Sequence record: DRR378314_808 | Length of the DNA stretch: 32,091 nt | Direction: 5' to 3' (one strand) | Shown: piece after piece, positions 10,113-19,248 of the stretch | Layout: every line of letters starts with the position of its first letter | How positions within the stretch are numbered: the stretch's first letter is position 1 | The notes under the pieces: model-generated | Told to the model about the DNA's origin: nothing | What the model saw: only the letters and a program-made list of their open reading frames with translations | Databases searched by the model: none | Position numbers and translations under genes: made by a program

Positions 10113-10118
10113 TTTTAA

Positions 10119-11636
10119 TTATAAAATTGCAGCATTCATTATTTTATCTTCAGTGGCCTCTTTTTGGCTAAACACGCCTGTAATACGCGATGCTCCCATC
10201 ACAATTATTCTATCACAAATGGCCATAATCTCTGGTAGTTCGGAAGAAACTACCAAAACCCCGAGCCCCTCTTTAGCAAGGTTATTTATCAAATGATAAA
10301 TCTCGTTTTTGGCATTTACATCAATGCCCCGGGTTGGTTCATCCAGAAAAAGTATTTTGGGGGTCGTTGCCAACCATTTTGCCAACACTACTTTTTGTTG
10401 GTTGCCGCCGCTTAGATTTTTTGATTTTTGCCCTGGGGAAGACGTTTTTATGTTAAGATTGGAGATATACTTTTTAGCCAAGCCCGTTTCCAAGCCTGAA
10501 TTCAGCAATCCATTTTTTACGATTTGATCTATACTCGCCATACTAACGTTCTTATAAACGGGCATCTGTAATATCAATCCATCCGCCTTACGATCTTCTG
10601 GCACCAATCCCATTCCGTTAGCAACGGCGTCCATTGCAGAAGTAATTTTTATCTCTTGTCCGTCGATATAGATATTTCCAACCATGGTTTTGGAATGAAG
10701 GCCAAAAATGGTCTCCAACAATTCGGTTCTGCCGGCACCCATTAAACCAAAGATGCCCAGTACCTCTCCCCTTCTCAGGTTGAAGCTCACATCCTTTACC
10801 AAATATTCGGATTTTATGGTATGCTTAGGAAGTGAAATGCCTTCTACCCTTAAAACCTCTTTGCCCAAAGGTAAATCCTCCTTAACATAAAGATTTTTGA
10901 TATCGCGCCCTACCATTAATCGAATAAGGTCCTCCTTTTTTGCTTCGTCAATATTTTCAATGGTACCCACCATTTTTCCATCACGCAATCCGATAAACCG
11001 ATCGGCTATCTTAAATAACTCCTCCAATTTATGGGATATATAAAGAATAGAAACCTGTTGTTTTTTTAGCGTGGCTATAATTCTAAAAAGTACTTCCACT
11101 TCGGCATCGGTAATCGCAGAGGTAGGTTCGTCCATAATAACCACTTTGGCCTCTTCCAAAAGGGCCTTGGCAATTTCTACTTGCTGCTGTTGTCCCACCC
11201 TCAATTTAGCCACCAGCGTATTGGGCGGCACATCGCATTCCAACCGTTCTAGAAGGGCCGTGGTCATTTGGTTCATTTTCTTGAAATCCAACATCCCAAA
11301 GGAATCCACGATTTCACGCCCTAAGAAAATATTGGCAGTTATACTTAAATATGGAATAAGGTTAAGCTCCTGATGAATTATGGCAATTCCATTTCCCATG
11401 GCATCTTTTGGGCTGGAAAAATTCACTTCCTCTCCGTTCAACAATAAAGTTCCCTCATATTCGGGGTATACGCCCGACAGAATTTTCATTAATGTAGATT
11501 TCCCCGCCCCGTTCTCTCCAACGATTACATTGACCTTGGCTCTATGAACATCAAGTGACACCCTATTAAGCGCAGTTACCCCCGCAAATTTTTTGGTGAT
11601 ATTTTCCGCCCTTAATATGATATTTCCCTCCCTCAA
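10119..11636 (-). CDS. Monosaccharide ABC transporter ATP-binding protein (RbsA-like, two ABC domains)
   Basis: Walker A GENGAGKST, MDEPT, ISHK, LSGGNQQKV, LDEPTRG. TTG start 3 nt after the upstream stop. Confidence 0.95.
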   Translation of the reverse strand: MREGNIILRAENITKKFAGVTALNRVSLDVHRAKVNVIVGENGAGKSTLMKILSGVYPEYEGTLLLNGEEVNFSSPKDAMGNGIAIIHQELNLIPYLSITANIFLGREIVDSFGMLDFKKMNQMTTALLERLECDVPPNTLVAKLRVGQQQQVEIAKALLEEAKVVIMDEPTSAITDAEVEVLFRIIATLKKQQVSILYISHKLEELFKIADRFIGLRDGKMVGTIENIDEAKKEDLIRLMVGRDIKNLYVKEDLPLGKEVLRVEGISLPKHTIKSEYLVKDVSFNLRRGEVLGIFGLMGAGRTELLETIFGLHSKTMVGNIYIDGQEIKITSAMDAVANGMGLVPEDRKADGLILQMPVYKNVSMASIDQIVKNGLLNSGLETGLAKKYISNLNIKTSSPGQKSKNLSGGNQQKVVLAKWLATTPKILFLDEPTRGIDVNAKNEIYHLINNLAKEGLGVLVVSSELPEIMAICDRIIVMGASRITGVFSQKEATEDKIMNAAIL

Positions 11637-11639
11637 AGC

Positions 11640-12260
11640 TTATTTTATATCTAATATTAAAGGAATGATTCTTAAATTTTGAAGATCAGGATTTTTCGTA
11701 TTTACCTCAACAGCCCCCTTAAAGTAAATGTTATCGCCATCTTGTACCTTATTCAAAAAAGGAGGAACAATGTCTGTTCGTACCCTATTGTTAACAGCAA
11801 CTGAGATACTGTTGAAATCCATCGTATTTTGATAATCGCCTATATTGGCCATTCCTGAGCCTTCACGTATGGCATTGCCAAATATAAAGTCTGTAGCTAT
11901 ACGTAATTCCGGCTCAGCGCCCCCTTCAATCTTGATAAGTACATTTTCAGGTCCTATATCGAGTACTTTACCACTGCCTTCCACAATAAAGTAATAATCA
12001 TGGCTTATCCCCATTTTACGGCCTTTTTCGGACGTAAATTGCATTAGGTCATGTTGCAACGCTTCTATAAATTGGCCTGCCTCCATTCCTGGGAGTTCAA
12101 TTAATTTCGTTTCCATAAACTTTTTTGCAAAAGCGTCAGGATCAAAAACATCTTTTTTTTGAGCTGTATTCCTCTCCGTCAACGGTTCAAAATAAACCGA
12201 ATTGTACAAAGCCACACCAGTTAGTAGTATAATCAGAAGATATTTGATAGGTTTTTTCAT
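11640..12260 (-). CDS. DUF2291-like membrane-anchored ABC accessory protein
   Basis: Likely start MKKPIKY (12260), directly after the binding-protein stop. N-terminal TM anchor, IFGNAIREG and GDYQNTMDFNSIS motifs. Lies between binding protein and ATPase, as is typical for DUF2291. Confidence 0.8.
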   Translation of the reverse strand: MKKPIKYLLIILLTGVALYNSVYFEPLTERNTAQKKDVFDPDAFAKKFMETKLIELPGMEAGQFIEALQHDLMQFTSEKGRKMGISHDYYFIVEGSGKVLDIGPENVLIKIEGGAEPELRIATDFIFGNAIREGSGMANIGDYQNTMDFNSISVAVNNRVRTDIVPPFLNKVQDGDNIYFKGAVEVNTKNPDLQNLRIIPLILDIK

Positions 12261-12261
12261 G

Positions 12262-13221
12262 CTATTCTTCACTGCCATAGGCATCAAATTCACTTATATT
12301 ATCCTGTGTTACTATTTCCACGGCAATGGGCATTTTTCTTTGCATATCGCGTTCGCCCCGCAAGTATTTATCAGCCAATTCAGCGGCTGTTTGCGCCATA
12401 AACTTGGGCGATTGCATAGCTGTGGCCATAATCTTTTTATCCTTTATGGCATCCATGACATCTTGTGATCCATCAAACCCAAATACCATAACACTATCCG
12501 CTTTTCCAACAGAGACCAAAGCCTGATAGGCCCCCATGGCCATGGCATCGTTACCACAAAAAACTGCATCAATATCAGGATTGGACTGTAGTACAGATTC
12601 CAGGACCTCCATGGCCTTGCTGCGGTCAAAATCGGCACTTTGTTGAGCCACCATCTTTAAATCTGGGAAATAGTCCACTACACTATGAAAGCCCTTGGAA
12701 CGGTTCCAAGTATTGTTATCTCCAACAAGCCCCAATAACTCTACATATTTCCCTTTCTTATTCATTTGCCTTACAAAGTATTGCCCTAAATCCACACAGC
12801 CCGAAAAGCTATCGGAAATTATCTGGGTTACCGGACCTTCCAAGGAATTTACTTCCCTATCCATGCAAAAGGTTGGAATACCCGCTTGTTTGGCCCTATT
12901 TACATTACTGACCGACCCCTCAGCATCGGTAGGGTTAAATAAAATAGCACTGTATCCTGCCGCAATTAAATTTTCAAAATGTTCGGCCTCTTTGGCCGTA
13001 TTATTTTGTGAATCGAAGATAGTGGTCTCATAGCCCAACTCCCTTGCCCGCTCTGCAGCCGATTCGCCCAATACCACAAACCACGGGTTGTTCAATGTTG
13101 AAATAACCACGGCCATCTTCTTGGGTCCATCATTATCCTTATGGCCACAGCCAAATAGCATGACCCCAACAATTATGGGTAAAATAGTCTTTACTATACC
13201 GGAAAAAATTTGTTTATCCAT
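12262..13221 (-). CDS. Sugar ABC transporter substrate-binding lipoprotein (RbsB-like); candidate D-apiose-binding protein
   Basis: Start MDKQ (13221) overlaps the upstream stop by 8 nt. Lipobox LFGC; STLNNPWF, MDR, NTWNRSKGF, GNDAMAMGA, GFDG. Confidence 0.9.
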   Translation of the reverse strand: MDKQIFSGIVKTILPIIVGVMLFGCGHKDNDGPKKMAVVISTLNNPWFVVLGESAAERARELGYETTIFDSQNNTAKEAEHFENLIAAGYSAILFNPTDAEGSVSNVNRAKQAGIPTFCMDREVNSLEGPVTQIISDSFSGCVDLGQYFVRQMNKKGKYVELLGLVGDNNTWNRSKGFHSVVDYFPDLKMVAQQSADFDRSKAMEVLESVLQSNPDIDAVFCGNDAMAMGAYQALVSVGKADSVMVFGFDGSQDVMDAIKDKKIMATAMQSPKFMAQTAAELADKYLRGERDMQRKMPIAVEIVTQDNISEFDAYGSEE

Positions 13222-14203
13222 GTATTGAGGGGTTTTGAGTAAGCATTTCCAAGCCAAGATTATATAAACCTTCTTCCGAAATTCCGTAATGCTGAAATAT
13301 TTCCATTTGAGAACCGGTAACGGTGTATTCATCAGGAATTCCAACTATGCGAAATGGATTATTGTACCCTTTTTGGAAAAGGTGCGACGCACAGGCTTCT
13401 CCCAGACCGCCATTGACCATGTGCTCTTCAACAGTGATAATCGGCTGGCCTCCGGCCGCCAAGTTCTGTAAAAGATGGATATCCAAGGGTTTAATGGTGT
13501 GCATGCTCACTACCGTAGCGTGTATCCCCTTATCGTCTTCAAGTTTCTTTGCCGCCAACCAAGCCGGATAAACGGTTTCACCTGAGGCAATAAAAGTGAG
13601 GTCCTTACCCTTCCGAATTACGCGACCTTTACCAAACTCAAAGGTTTCATTGTCCATATTTAAAAATGGCATCGCCTTTTTCCCCAGTCTCATGTAAATA
13701 GGCTTTACAGATTGGGCGGCAAGGCGAACGGCCTGTTCGGTCTCAAAGTTATCTGCCGGAGCCACAATAACAATATTGTTAATGGCCCTTAGGGCCGCGT
13801 AATCGTGCAAACTATGATGGGTGGTACCAAGGGCACCATAACTTACACCTGAACTTATGCCTACCAAGATTACTGGGTTATCGGAATAGGCAACATCGTT
13901 CTTGATCTGCTCAAGGGCACGGGCGCTTAGAAAACATGCAGGAGAAACTGCAAATGCCTTTTTACCTGCCGCGGCCAAGCCGGCTGCAACTCCCACAAGA
14001 TTCTGTTCAGCAATGCCCACTTCAACAATTTGATTGGGATACTTTTCACCAAAGGGAACCAACTTACCTGAGCCCCTTGAATCACTGGTTACAGCAATAA
14101 TTGAGCTATCGGTAGCTGCCAACTCTTGCAAAATTTCTGAAAAAACCACTTGGTTAGGTTCCCCCATTATCAAGTTATCTTCTCTTATTTTATCCAATTC
14201 CAT
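13214..14203 (-). CDS. aptB: Transketolase C-terminal subunit; candidate apulose-4-phosphate transketolase B
   Basis: VGIAEQN, GTTHHSLHD (variant of GPTHQ), TIKPLD, TVEEH..GGLG. The symbol rests on context. Confidence 0.8.
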   Translation of the reverse strand: MELDKIREDNLIMGEPNQVVFSEILQELAATDSSIIAVTSDSRGSGKLVPFGEKYPNQIVEVGIAEQNLVGVAAGLAAAGKKAFAVSPACFLSARALEQIKNDVAYSDNPVILVGISSGVSYGALGTTHHSLHDYAALRAINNIVIVAPADNFETEQAVRLAAQSVKPIYMRLGKKAMPFLNMDNETFEFGKGRVIRKGKDLTFIASGETVYPAWLAAKKLEDDKGIHATVVSMHTIKPLDIHLLQNLAAGGQPIITVEEHMVNGGLGEACASHLFQKGYNNPFRIVGIPDEYTVTGSQMEIFQHYGISEEGLYNLGLEMLTQNPSIHG

Positions 14204-14206
14204 ATA

Positions 14207-15034
14207 CTAGTGAATTAGTGCTTCTGCCTCATTTAATTCTGATTGGGCCAATAAATACTGCTCCTCTGATGGTACCCCATGGTGCCATTTCAGTACCCCT
14301 TCCATATAGCTGATACCTTTGCCCTTGGTGGTATGTGCTATGATAAAGTTAGGTTTTCCCTTTTCTATGGGACCATTGTTCAATGCCTCCTCCAATTGAT
14401 CAAGATCATGTCCGTCTACCTCCTTTACTGCCCAGCCAAAAGCCTCCAGTTTATCACGAATGGAATCGGTATTCATAACCTCCTTGTTGTTTCCGGTAAT
14501 CTGTTGTTTATTATTGTCCAGAATGGCGTACAAATTATCCAATTTATAATGTGAAGCCGATAAAAACGCTTCCCAATTAGATCCTTCGGGCAATTCCCCA
14601 TCTCCTAGCAAGGTAAATACACGATGACTTTTGTCATCCAATTTCGCTGCAATGGCCTCGCCAACACAAATGGACAAACCATGACCCAATGCCCCAGTGT
14701 TCTGTTCAACGCCATGAACCTTTTTTGTAGGATGCCCAATATAGTGCGATTGATAATGACAAAGCGTTTCCAAATCAGATTCCGGAAAAAAACCGCGGTC
14801 TGCCAAGGTTACAAAAAGCGCTTCTACGCAATGCCCCTTACTTTGAATGTACCTATCGCGATTTGGATTCTTAAAATCTTTGGGATCAACATTAAGTACC
14901 TTATTGTACAGTACGTTCAAAATATCAATACATGATAGGCTCCCCCCTGTATGGCCCGCCTTTGCCTTATAAATGTATTTTAGAATATTTTTTCTAAGAA
15001 CTACCGATTTTAATTTTATTTCCCTGTTTGTCAT
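14207..15034 (-). CDS. aptA: Transketolase N-terminal (ThDP-binding) subunit; candidate apulose-4-phosphate transketolase A
   Basis: GHTGGSLS, SKGH, TGALGHG, GDGELPEGSNWEA...LDNN, KGKG, WHH. Start at 15034 (MTNRE) or 15091. The symbol rests on context. Confidence 0.8.
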   Translation of the reverse strand: MTNREIKLKSVVLRKNILKYIYKAKAGHTGGSLSCIDILNVLYNKVLNVDPKDFKNPNRDRYIQSKGHCVEALFVTLADRGFFPESDLETLCHYQSHYIGHPTKKVHGVEQNTGALGHGLSICVGEAIAAKLDDKSHRVFTLLGDGELPEGSNWEAFLSASHYKLDNLYAILDNNKQQITGNNKEVMNTDSIRDKLEAFGWAVKEVDGHDLDQLEEALNNGPIEKGKPNFIIAHTTKGKGISYMEGVLKWHHGVPSEEQYLLAQSELNEAEALIH

Positions 15035-15105
15035 GTTCGTAAATTCTTTCAAATTACTACTCGTTAAACCATACCTGTTGCTACCGTTCATAACTGAACC
15101 AGAAA

Positions 15106-16527
15106 TTAAACCTTATGGTGGTATATATCCCAGCCCATATAATTGCCCAAAGCTTCCTGCAAAATGCCCCCAGTCTTAGAGGCGTTCATAACTACGTGAT
15201 GTTCAAATCCGTTTCTGCACACATACTGCATCAAGCCCTGCAGATTAGGAATTTGGGCCACCGCCCTGTTCCCAAAGGTCTTCAATGGGTCATCTGTCAA
15301 CTCCCCTTCACCGAAATAAGCTTTGATAATACCTTTGGGATCATCCGTACTTATTCTCCCATAGGTAAGTGGATTTGCCGGTGTTCTACCATCTAGTGCA
15401 CCATAGGTATTCTCAACGCCAACGGTAGTTCCTAGGATTGGAGCGGTATCCATCTTAATATCGGGTAAAAAGGATTTCGCCCAATTGCCACAATGAAAAA
15501 GAACACATTTATTGGGATCATCGTCATAATTGTTATTCCAATCCACCAAAGCACTCGGAGAGCCGGAGGCCAATTGCATGGCATACATACTAAGGGTCCC
15601 GGTAACATCGACCTCACAGGCAGATGGCAACATATTTTCGGACATTATACTCATGCTGGTACATACATTACATCCATAATTCTGCTGCAATGAAGTCCAA
15701 CATTGGATAGCCGTGGCATCCAAGGCATACTCTTCCATAAACTCTTTTAAGACAACATCCAATTTTGCAATCTGTAACATGGCCTCATTGGGAGTCTTGC
15801 CTTGGGCCACATAGGCATTGATGGATTCCAAGTGTTGCTTTACCGAGGCATCGTCCTTTGTTAGTTTATTGGCCTTGCCCAATATTTCGGATAAATCAAC
15901 CGTAGTAACCGTAATGCCATTGCGCTGCAATATTTTTTCGGAATAGCGCACCGTGTTAAAGGCACCAGGTCTAGCCCCAACAGCCCCGATCCTAACGTTT
16001 CTTACACCCCTTACTACCCTGCACACGGCAACAAAATCTTTCAAATCCTGTTGAAAAAGGGTATCGGAAGGATAGGAAACATGCTGACTCGTGAGTGAAT
16101 ACTTTATTCCATACTGATAAAGGTTATTACAGACCGAGATTTTGCCACACCAGGAATCCCTACGATTTACGACATTCATCTTCGTTAATTCGTCGGGATA
16201 GGCCTGTACCAATACCGGGACGTTCAGGTTGGCCATTTTTAAGGTATCGGCCACCCCCTTCTCATCGCCAAAATTTGGCAAAAGCACCAGTACCCCTGCA
16301 ATTTCATCACTGTGTCTCTTAAAAAGTTCGGCACATTTTTGCGCTTCCCTAAAGGTTTCCACGCCACCAAGCTTTGTATCGGTACTTTCCAATAAAACCG
16401 GTGTCAATTTTAATTTGGCAAAGACATCGATAATCTCGGTCCTAGCCTTTTCCACTAAACTATCCGGAAAAAAATCACGATTCCCTATTATTATCCCAAT
16501 GCTCAATGGCAATTTTGCGGTACTCAT
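15106..16527 (-). CDS. L-fucose/L-arabinose isomerase family protein; candidate apiose isomerase
   Basis: AIQCWT, SACEVD (Glu ligand), LVDWN (Asp) and FEHHV (His), which form the metal-site pattern of the FucI/AraA fold. Confidence 0.85.
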   Translation of the reverse strand: MSTAKLPLSIGIIIGNRDFFPDSLVEKARTEIIDVFAKLKLTPVLLESTDTKLGGVETFREAQKCAELFKRHSDEIAGVLVLLPNFGDEKGVADTLKMANLNVPVLVQAYPDELTKMNVVNRRDSWCGKISVCNNLYQYGIKYSLTSQHVSYPSDTLFQQDLKDFVAVCRVVRGVRNVRIGAVGARPGAFNTVRYSEKILQRNGITVTTVDLSEILGKANKLTKDDASVKQHLESINAYVAQGKTPNEAMLQIAKLDVVLKEFMEEYALDATAIQCWTSLQQNYGCNVCTSMSIMSENMLPSACEVDVTGTLSMYAMQLASGSPSALVDWNNNYDDDPNKCVLFHCGNWAKSFLPDIKMDTAPILGTTVGVENTYGALDGRTPANPLTYGRISTDDPKGIIKAYFGEGELTDDPLKTFGNRAVAQIPNLQGLMQYVCRNGFEHHVVMNASKTGGILQEALGNYMGWDIYHHKV

Positions 16528-16550
16528 ATTCTTATAATTTTTATTTCTTA

Positions 16551-17327
16551 TTAATCAGCCTTGGCCAAAATCACTTCAATTTCATTATCCTTAAAAACCT
16601 TTAGATCCTTTTCCTCCATTCCTGAATCCGTAATGATATAATCTATCAATGAAAGTGCTCCTAGACTGGCTAGGGCACTTTTACCAATTTTAGAGCTATC
16701 GGCCACCAAATACGTAATGTCCGCAGCATCGATCATTGCCTTTTTTACTACAAGATCACTTATACTTGGGTAGGTCAGACCTGATTTTAAGGAGATGCCA
16801 GCCGTAGCCAAAAATAACTTTTGAACGTTAAGCCCCTTGAAAAAATCGGCCGCTTTTTGGCCTGTCAATGATAAGGTAGGCGGTTTAAATTCACCCCCCG
16901 TCATGATAACTTCAATACCAGGTTCAGTACCTAACAATAATGCGATATTAAGGGCATTTGTAATAACAGTTAAATTTTTATATCCTACCAGTTTTTTTGC
17001 AATTTCAGTGGTTGTACTGCCAGAATCCAGAATAATGGTGTCCCCACTCTCAATAAACTCAAGACATTTTTGCGCTATAGCCTCCTTCAATTCCAAATTA
17101 TCCTGTTGTACCAGGGAAAAGTTGCGCACTTGATCCCCCATATTTTTAAGATAGGCACCACCATGTTCCCGCATAATCAATCCCTGATTTTCCAACTTCT
17201 CCAAATCTTGACGTACAGTCACTTCGGTTACCTTAAAAAGTTTGGCCAGGTCCGCAACCTTTGCAGATCCGTCCTCCTTTAAAAATTCTACAATTTTTTC
17301 ACGTCTTTTATTGGGTAAATATGCCAT
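16551..17327 (-). CDS. DeoR/GlpR family transcriptional regulator
   Basis: HTH VTEVTVRQDL..LE...REHGGA; LDSGSTT, VITN, LVADSSK. Confidence 0.95.
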   Translation of the reverse strand: MAYLPNKRREKIVEFLKEDGSAKVADLAKLFKVTEVTVRQDLEKLENQGLIMREHGGAYLKNMGDQVRNFSLVQQDNLELKEAIAQKCLEFIESGDTIILDSGSTTTEIAKKLVGYKNLTVITNALNIALLLGTEPGIEVIMTGGEFKPPTLSLTGQKAADFFKGLNVQKLFLATAGISLKSGLTYPSISDLVVKKAMIDAADITYLVADSSKIGKSALASLGALSLIDYIITDSGMEEKDLKVFKDNEIEVILAKAD

Positions 17328-17526
17328 AGTTCATAAATAAAAGTAAATATTCGTAAACAAATAAAAACTCTTTAAATTTAAATTCAAAATATATTTTTTT
17401 TGACTTATCGTTAATCTAGTCATTCCATGGATTACCATATTGTATTCACCAATCCCCTGCATCAAACAATTCTTCATAATTCTTTAAACATTAAAATTTC
17501 CAGTTTCCAAAAAAATATTAATGCCT

Positions 17527-18942
17527 TTATTTTTCCGGTTCAAATATTAACCTGCGATAGCTGGACAGATTGTGCATGCCGTTATCCGTTACCTCGCAAA
17601 TTATATGAAAACTTTCACCAACCGCCTCCAGGGGCAGCTGCAGGGTGGCATTCTTAGCGTTACTGTTTAAAATGATTATTTTTCCCGTATATGTACCAGC
17701 CTCAGGCTGAACCCACCATTTATAGCTTAATGAATCCCCATCTGGGTCATAGGAAGCCGATGCATCCAGGCTAATATTGGTTCCCGCTTTTGTTTTCTTT
17801 TTAATGGCACTTAAACTGCTATCACCATCAATAACAATAATGGGATTACGGTTACCCATACCTTCTTTGGCCCAATCCATTCTAGCTGCGAAATTATTGA
17901 ACGTAGCGGCATAAAAATAGTCCCCATATCGCCTACAAATTTCACTTTTACCCCCTGTATAATTAACATATGAGTAGCCGTTATCATCTTCTCCCTTTCC
18001 CCATTGTGAATACCCTCCCCAACTTACCTGGGTTGGCTGATCAGGATTATTGAGACCGTTAGGCATGATATGCAAAAAGGAAGGGGTATCCCCCTCAACC
18101 CCCCATACGTATTTTGGATATTGATTACCAAGATTACCGTGATCCTGGATATGCAACTCATAATCCGACCACTTATTTTTTCCAGTCCCATTCTGATATT
18201 TCCAGGCACAATCATCCCAAATAAAAAGTAGATCTTCCGAAAATTCACGGCGCATCCACGCATGGGAACTTGTTTCAAAACTAGATTTCTGCGGCCTATC
18301 CTGGTCGGTGATTGCATATGCCCGAATTTTATTTAGAAATACTTTTAATCCCGATTCGTCCTGTTCCTGCCCCACCTGCCAAATAGCCTGTGCCAGTGTA
18401 TTACCACCTCCCCAAAAACAAACCCAAATTGGACGATCGTCATCTTCGCCCGCCAACTGTACAATAAGATTACTACCATCCGAAATATTTTCAGCACCAA
18501 CCTTATCCATACCCATATACATACTGCCAAACATTATGCGTTCCTTTAAATAATCGGCACTTGGCCAGTAGCCGATTTGCTGCCTTTCCGTATCATGGGC
18601 AAATCCATTTTGATTTGAGCGCTTGGCAAGATTTGGCAAATCCCGATCATAAGCTTCTATGACCCCAGTAGCAATATCTTTAAAATGTTTAACCTCATTA
18701 ACATTATCCATACTCCACCCCGTGGTAATTACAATCCCCTCAATTTCAAACATATCAGCATGGACCAGCAGCCTTATCAGAGATTCATGGTCATCCGGTT
18801 CCCAGGTAGATATATCGGTCAACACAACCAAACGTGGTTTCAACCCCACTGTATCAGGAGATATCCCTTTGGTCGTTGTTCGCAACGGGGAACAGGAACC
18901 AAGAACAAAGGAAAATAACATTGAGAAAAAATAAAACTTCAT
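17527..18942 (-). CDS. DUF1593 nucleoside-hydrolase-like lipoprotein with C-terminal Ig/PKD-like domain (paralogue 1)
   Basis: Lipobox LGSC; VLTDISTWEPDD, WGGGNT, EGDTPSF, SWGG, NNFAARMDW, SYDPDGDSLSYKW, EVTDNG..LSSYRR. Confidence 0.88.
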   Translation of the reverse strand: MKFYFFSMLFSFVLGSCSPLRTTTKGISPDTVGLKPRLVVLTDISTWEPDDHESLIRLLVHADMFEIEGIVITTGWSMDNVNEVKHFKDIATGVIEAYDRDLPNLAKRSNQNGFAHDTERQQIGYWPSADYLKERIMFGSMYMGMDKVGAENISDGSNLIVQLAGEDDDRPIWVCFWGGGNTLAQAIWQVGQEQDESGLKVFLNKIRAYAITDQDRPQKSSFETSSHAWMRREFSEDLLFIWDDCAWKYQNGTGKNKWSDYELHIQDHGNLGNQYPKYVWGVEGDTPSFLHIMPNGLNNPDQPTQVSWGGYSQWGKGEDDNGYSYVNYTGGKSEICRRYGDYFYAATFNNFAARMDWAKEGMGNRNPIIVIDGDSSLSAIKKKTKAGTNISLDASASYDPDGDSLSYKWWVQPEAGTYTGKIIILNSNAKNATLQLPLEAVGESFHIICEVTDNGMHNLSSYRRLIFEPEK

Positions 18943-19116
18943 AATTTAATTTAATGTATTCGTTGAATCCTTGACAGGACACCTTAACCCCTTTACCTTA
19001 TTTAATTGCCAGACAATATCTTCTAAGCTCACGACCCATCACTTTTTTTTTAGAGGCCAAATACTTTTTCATGGTGCTGCCAAGAGTACACAACAACCAA
19101 AAATCCAACAACGAAA

Positions 19117-19124
19117 CAAAGATA
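19117..19124 (-). promoter_or_regulatory. -7 promoter element for the leftward arm
   Basis: Plus-strand CAAAGATA is TATCTTTG on the minus strand, an exact TAnnTTTG match. Confidence 0.55.
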
Positions 19125-19134
19125 AATTATTTTG

Positions 19135-19166
19135 TTTATTTTCTTTTATTTTCTTTTATTTTCTTT
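19135..19166. repeat. 10-bp tandem repeat (TATTTTCTTT x3) between divergent promoters; candidate operator
   Basis: Exact units at 19137-19146, 19147-19156 and 19157-19166, preceded by a degenerate TATTTTGTT (19128-19136). Confidence 0.75.
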
Positions 19167-19170
19167 TTTA

Positions 19171-19178
19171 TATATTTG
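19171..19178 (+). promoter_or_regulatory. -7 promoter element for the rightward arm
   Basis: TATATTTG is an exact TAnnTTTG match, 70 nt before ATG 19249. Confidence 0.65.
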
Positions 19179-19248
19179 TGGACAATAACACAAATCTCAA
19201 GACCATGGTTTCAACTATTCTGACAATTTTCTTCAAAAAAATATTTAC

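Noticed and set aside
9144-13221. Annotation as a ribose (rbs) operon
   Set aside because: There is no ribokinase or RbsD. Isomerase, FGGY kinase, split transketolase and GH140 point to apiose.
12262-13344. Long N-terminal extensions in the ORF track (binding protein from 13344, DUF2291 from 12293, DUF1593 from 20526 and 21967)
   Set aside because: They overlap upstream genes. Downstream ATGs give proper signal peptides and tight operon spacing.
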